A DNA stretch of 64,000 bases, from contig DUKY01000020.1 in NCBI GenBank assembly GCA_013329055.1, forward strand, positions 54,989 to 118,988. Direction: 5' to 3'. A model generated the notes under the pieces. That model saw only the letters and a program-made list of their open reading frames with translations, was not told the origin of the DNA and made no database searches. Positions 61,203 to 64,000 of the stretch are shown piece by piece; within the stretch, counting starts at the first letter, position 1, and each line of letters opens with the position of its first letter. The translations under genes and the position numbers were made by a program. The stretch comes from Nanobdellota archaeon (lineage in GTDB: Archaea > Nanobdellota > Nanobdellia > Pacearchaeales > GW2011-AR1).

Positions 61203-61449
61203 TTAATGGTTTTCCTTCTTTAACTAATTCTATTCCGTCTGGAGTTCTTGCATACCAAGTTTCAGCAGAAATAGTATTCCCCACAACAATAGCACCACTT
61301 ACAGAGATATGACCATGTTCCATCTTATCCTCCCTCTCTCCAAAATAGATTTCTCTCATCCAAGGTTTGCATTTGGGATAGTGTATTGAAACAAATTTTG
61401 AACCTATCTTAACTCTTTTAGCCATACTATTCGGATAGTTTTCGGGCAT
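61090..61449 (-). CDS. hypothetical protein whose 3' third runs antisense through the IS remnant (probably truncated or fused by the insertion)
   Basis: The ORF continues past 61202 into transposase-remnant sequence. The N-terminal ~82 aa lie outside the remnant. Confidence 0.35.
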   Translation of the reverse strand: MPENYPNSMAKRVKIGSKFVSIHYPKCKPWMREIYFGEREDKMEHGHISVSGAIVVGNTISAETWYARTPDGIELVKEGKPLIRNTSQLLSNCIPVPLAKAQHEEQSLFWNVNSLDAFS

Positions 61450-61638
61450 TAATTACTTTTCGGACTGTGTTGTTTTTGAGAATTTAACAAAAGCCTTGAA
61501 TTATTTATTTGTATTTAAATACTCGACGGGTAAATTTTACAGGTAAAATTTTAGGGTAGAATATTTAAATATAAGGTTCATTATATTAATAATGAATATT
61601 GAATCATACTTTATTTTTTGTCGAGGTGGTAACTTTAA

Positions 61639-61767
61639 ATGTTAGGAAATACTTATATCTTGATTTTAATAGCGATTTTTTCAATAATCGCGGGGAATTC
61701 AGAAAAAATTGCTGAATCCTTAATAATAGGATTCTTGTTAGTATTATTTATTGTATATAAAGAATAA
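61639..61767 (+). CDS. small (42 aa) two-TM protein, below the ORF-track cutoff
   Basis: I translated it by hand as MLGNTYILILIAIFSIIAGNSEKIAESLIIGFLLVLFIVYKE. A gaggtgg lies about 10 nt upstream. Confidence 0.3.
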   Translation: MLGNTYILILIAIFSIIAGNSEKIAESLIIGFLLVLFIVYKE

Positions 61768-61797
61768 ATTTTAAGAACAATCAATTTTTTTAGAATT

Positions 61798-62403
61798 TTA
61801 TCGTCCTTCTCTTTCTTTTAATTTTTTCATTAAATAATAAGCTCCACCAAACACAATTACTCCTGGGATAAATGTAATTCCTGCAAATCCTACTGATGTT
61901 GCAATTATTCCTGCTCCGATGGTTCCTATTGTTCCAACTCCGACTCCTTCAAGAATATGGCTTATTTCAGAAACTTTTTTTTCAATACCTTTTTCTAAGG
62001 TATCAATTTGCATAATTATTTTTCCTTCTTTAAGGACTCTAATCTTTCTGTCTTCTTCAGATAAAATAAATGATACTGTATCTTTGTGTATCGAAGCACT
62101 TAATCCTGCTGAATGTCTTGTTCCAAAATTTTTTAAAACTTTATTCGCATGAATTTTTACTCCGTATGCAATCATGTCACCTTTTTTGTTCATTATGACT
62201 GCTCCATCCATTAATGCTAAAGATTCAAGTAATTTTGGATTTTTAAGAATATTAAAACTTGGAACTGTTTGTTCAACTAATGGTTTATATTTTAAACTTT
62301 GATTATCTGTAACAATTATTAAAGCACCTTCGCCTCTTTTTGAGATTTTTAAACAAACTTTAATTATTTCTTCGTCTAATCCTTCACTAAAACTTTTTGG
62401 CAT
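61798..62403 (-). CDS. diadenylate cyclase (DAC domain) with a C-terminal glycine-rich TM hairpin
   Basis: GEGALIIV, MDGAVIMNKKG and GTRHSAGLSASIHKDTVSFILSEEDRKIRV match the DGA and RHR-type DAC motifs, here as RHS. The C-terminus is GVGVGTIGTIGAGIIATSVGFAGITFIPGVIVFGGAYYL. Confidence 0.72.
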   Translation of the reverse strand: MPKSFSEGLDEEIIKVCLKISKRGEGALIIVTDNQSLKYKPLVEQTVPSFNILKNPKLLESLALMDGAVIMNKKGDMIAYGVKIHANKVLKNFGTRHSAGLSASIHKDTVSFILSEEDRKIRVLKEGKIIMQIDTLEKGIEKKVSEISHILEGVGVGTIGTIGAGIIATSVGFAGITFIPGVIVFGGAYYLMKKLKEREGR

Positions 62404-62615
62404 ATTAATATATATATTAATGTACTTAATAAATTTTGCGGGTGATATGTTCAGCTTATGATTCTTCAGAATTTTTTTGCTATTAAGTTTTATTTATTTG
62501 GTTGATGTAATTGAAAAAATCTAAAAATAGAAGAATTGAAACAAATTATTTTTTTCTGTTTTGAAGATATTATCGGCGTTATCAAATTCTGCTTTAGGGG
62601 TTCCACTTACAATTC

Positions 62616-62924
62616 TTATTTTTCAATCAGAATTAACAGAAATGAAGTATTCTCTTTTGCTTTTAATGAATGAATTGCGTTTTCTTTCATATGAATAAAA
62701 ACTCCTTTTAACATTTCTATATCCTTTCCATGAAGATTAAAAATTCCTTTTCCTTGAACAACATATAAAATTCCTTGTTTTGTTGAAGTGTGTTCTGATA
62801 TTTTAGTCCCAGAAGCCATACAAAATAATGTGCAGTCAATCTTATCATTTTTGAAAATTTCTTTACTTAAAACTCCTTGTTTAGGATATTCAATCATTTC
62901 TAAAATTTGTTTTTCATAATTCAT
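62616..62924 (-). CDS. cupin-domain protein
   Basis: 102 aa with a beta-barrel pattern, GTKISEHTS...ILYVVQGKG...IHSL. Confidence 0.6.
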   Translation of the reverse strand: MNYEKQILEMIEYPKQGVLSKEIFKNDKIDCTLFCMASGTKISEHTSTKQGILYVVQGKGIFNLHGKDIEMLKGVFIHMKENAIHSLKAKENTSFLLILIEK

Positions 62925-63463
62925 TTTTTTGTCATCTCTTTCGCAAATTTTTCAAACCTTTCAACTTCTTTTTTCTTAGCAAAATTTATTTTATTAAATT
63001 TTTCAAGCATTGTTTTTTGAACTTTTTTACTTAATGCTTCATCAGCCATAGGATACAGGATATTATTTTCCTTGAATATATGTTCTCTGATTAATCGAAT
63101 ATAGTTCCTTGCACCTTCAATTAATTTATTTTTATCTTTTTCATTCATTCCGGATTCCATCATTTTGACATTTTTCCTCCCTTCATCATGTTCAAACAAC
63201 ATTTGTTCTACCGGATTACAATGTACTAATCCTTCTTCTGCACATTTATTAAACTCTTTGAATAAAATATTTTCTTCTTTTGCATGGTGAAATTTGTCTG
63301 CATAGTTTCTGATAAAATCAATAATCTTTGCGAAAAAAGTTGCGTTAATATTTTTATTTTTTAATTGAGTAATTTCCAATTCTAAAGCATCAACGACTTT
63401 TAAGATATATTCATGTTCTTTTGATAATATTTCTGAAGTTTCTGAGTTGGTTTTCATTGGCAT
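62921..63463 (-). CDS. hemerythrin-like (HHE cation-binding) domain protein
   Basis: The motifs are EHEYILK, DKFHHAKEENILF, FEHDEGR and HIFKENNILYP. Confidence 0.7.
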   Translation of the reverse strand: MPMKTNSETSEILSKEHEYILKVVDALELEITQLKNKNINATFFAKIIDFIRNYADKFHHAKEENILFKEFNKCAEEGLVHCNPVEQMLFEHDEGRKNVKMMESGMNEKDKNKLIEGARNYIRLIREHIFKENNILYPMADEALSKKVQKTMLEKFNKINFAKKKEVERFEKFAKEMTKK

Positions 63464-63774
63464 TTTTTTCTTTTACAGACTTTACAATATTTTTTAACAT
63501 GTTTTTCTACAATATTTAATAGGGGGATAATAGTATCTTTATTCAATGAATAAATTCTTTTTCTACCATTATTTTGAACTTCAATAAAACCGCATTCTAA
63601 TAATGATTTTAGGGCATGTGAAACTTTACTTCTTTCTTGGTTAAGTTGTTTTGATAATTCTGTTACACTTAGTGGCTTCTCTTTTAGCTTTGTTATAATA
63701 TCGACTTTTAATTTAGTTCCAAGAGTTTCGAAAAATAAATAACATTTGTTTTCCATATGTGAATTATAATTCAC
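63454..63774 (-). CDS. ArsR/SmtB-family wHTH transcriptional regulator with a C-terminal Cys cluster
   Basis: LKVDIITKLKEKPLSVTELSKQLNQERSKVSHALKSLLECGFI is the wHTH. The C-terminus is CKVCKRKKC. It overlaps the hemerythrin gene by 10 nt. Confidence 0.75.
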   Translation of the reverse strand: MNYNSHMENKCYLFFETLGTKLKVDIITKLKEKPLSVTELSKQLNQERSKVSHALKSLLECGFIEVQNNGRKRIYSLNKDTIIPLLNIVEKHVKKYCKVCKRKKCQ

Positions 63775-63931
63775 GTATATTTATAAATCTTATGGAATCA
63801 ATTCTTCTAAAAAATCTGCTGGGGTTTTTTTGGATAAATTTAATCTGTTATTATCACAAAGTAACAACAAAAACAAAACATTTAAATAGTTCTTATTGTT
63901 AACAATATCATAAAAAATTTATATTTGAAAA

Positions 63932-64000
63932 ATGAAAAACAAAATCGTTTCAACATTGGCTGGAATTTTATTAGCTGGAAGTGTAGCTGGTTGTGTGACA
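63932..64000 (+). CDS. putative lipoprotein/secreted protein, N-terminal fragment (continues beyond the window)
   Basis: MKNKIVSTLAGILLAGSVAGCVT has a lipobox-like AGC. Confidence 0.35.
   Translation, partial: MKNKIVSTLAGILLAGSVAGCVT

Overview
The window is a very AT-rich, gene-dense archaeal chromosome segment. It is archaeal because it encodes ribosomal proteins eS19, eL39 and eL31, aIF5B, Cbf5, Hjc, a GAN/RecJ-like protein, TrmY, and a ThrRS with the archaeal-type N-terminal domain. The small genes, the many orphan proteins and the AT richness suggest a DPANN-like (Woese-/Pacearchaeota-like) lineage, but that is inference only. I support about 80 CDS. Housekeeping genes are thrS, trpS, lysS (class II), gdhA, infB, cbf5, rnhA, hjc, trmY, a tsaC-like gene, an arginase-family gene, acyP, a cyclophilin and a DEAD-box helicase. 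I recognised no rRNA gene, no tRNA gene and no canonical CRISPR array. Seven things stand out. (1) A translationally coupled three-gene cassette at 28.86-30.38 kb (multi-TM protein, TIR-like DUF1863-type protein, TM plus zinc-ribbon protein) is a candidate compact immune module. (2) Six ~170-aa orphan paralogues sit in two head-to-tail arrays (46.87-47.90 kb and 51.99-54.01 kb) on either side of the GAN/RecJ gene; their ends are near-identical and their cores divergent. (3) Roughly 4 kb of modular, nested hairpin repeats fall into at least three families. One copy is demonstrably inserted into the loop of another, one copy supplies a gene's C-terminus and stop codon, and a ~340-bp element occurs twice in inverted orientation. 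(4) A two-gene island with visibly higher G+C (33.3-35.5 kb) is bracketed by an inverted repeat and encodes a caspase/gingipain-fold-like peptidase and a Cys-rich membrane protein. (5) A 7.3-kb PrkA / DUF444 / SpoVR / PrkA-like operon is present. (6) A Dph2 gene is truncated at a tandem hairpin array. (7) A Tat-signal lytic transglycosylase lies in an orphan cluster. All functional calls rest on motifs read by eye from the supplied translations. No database search was run.
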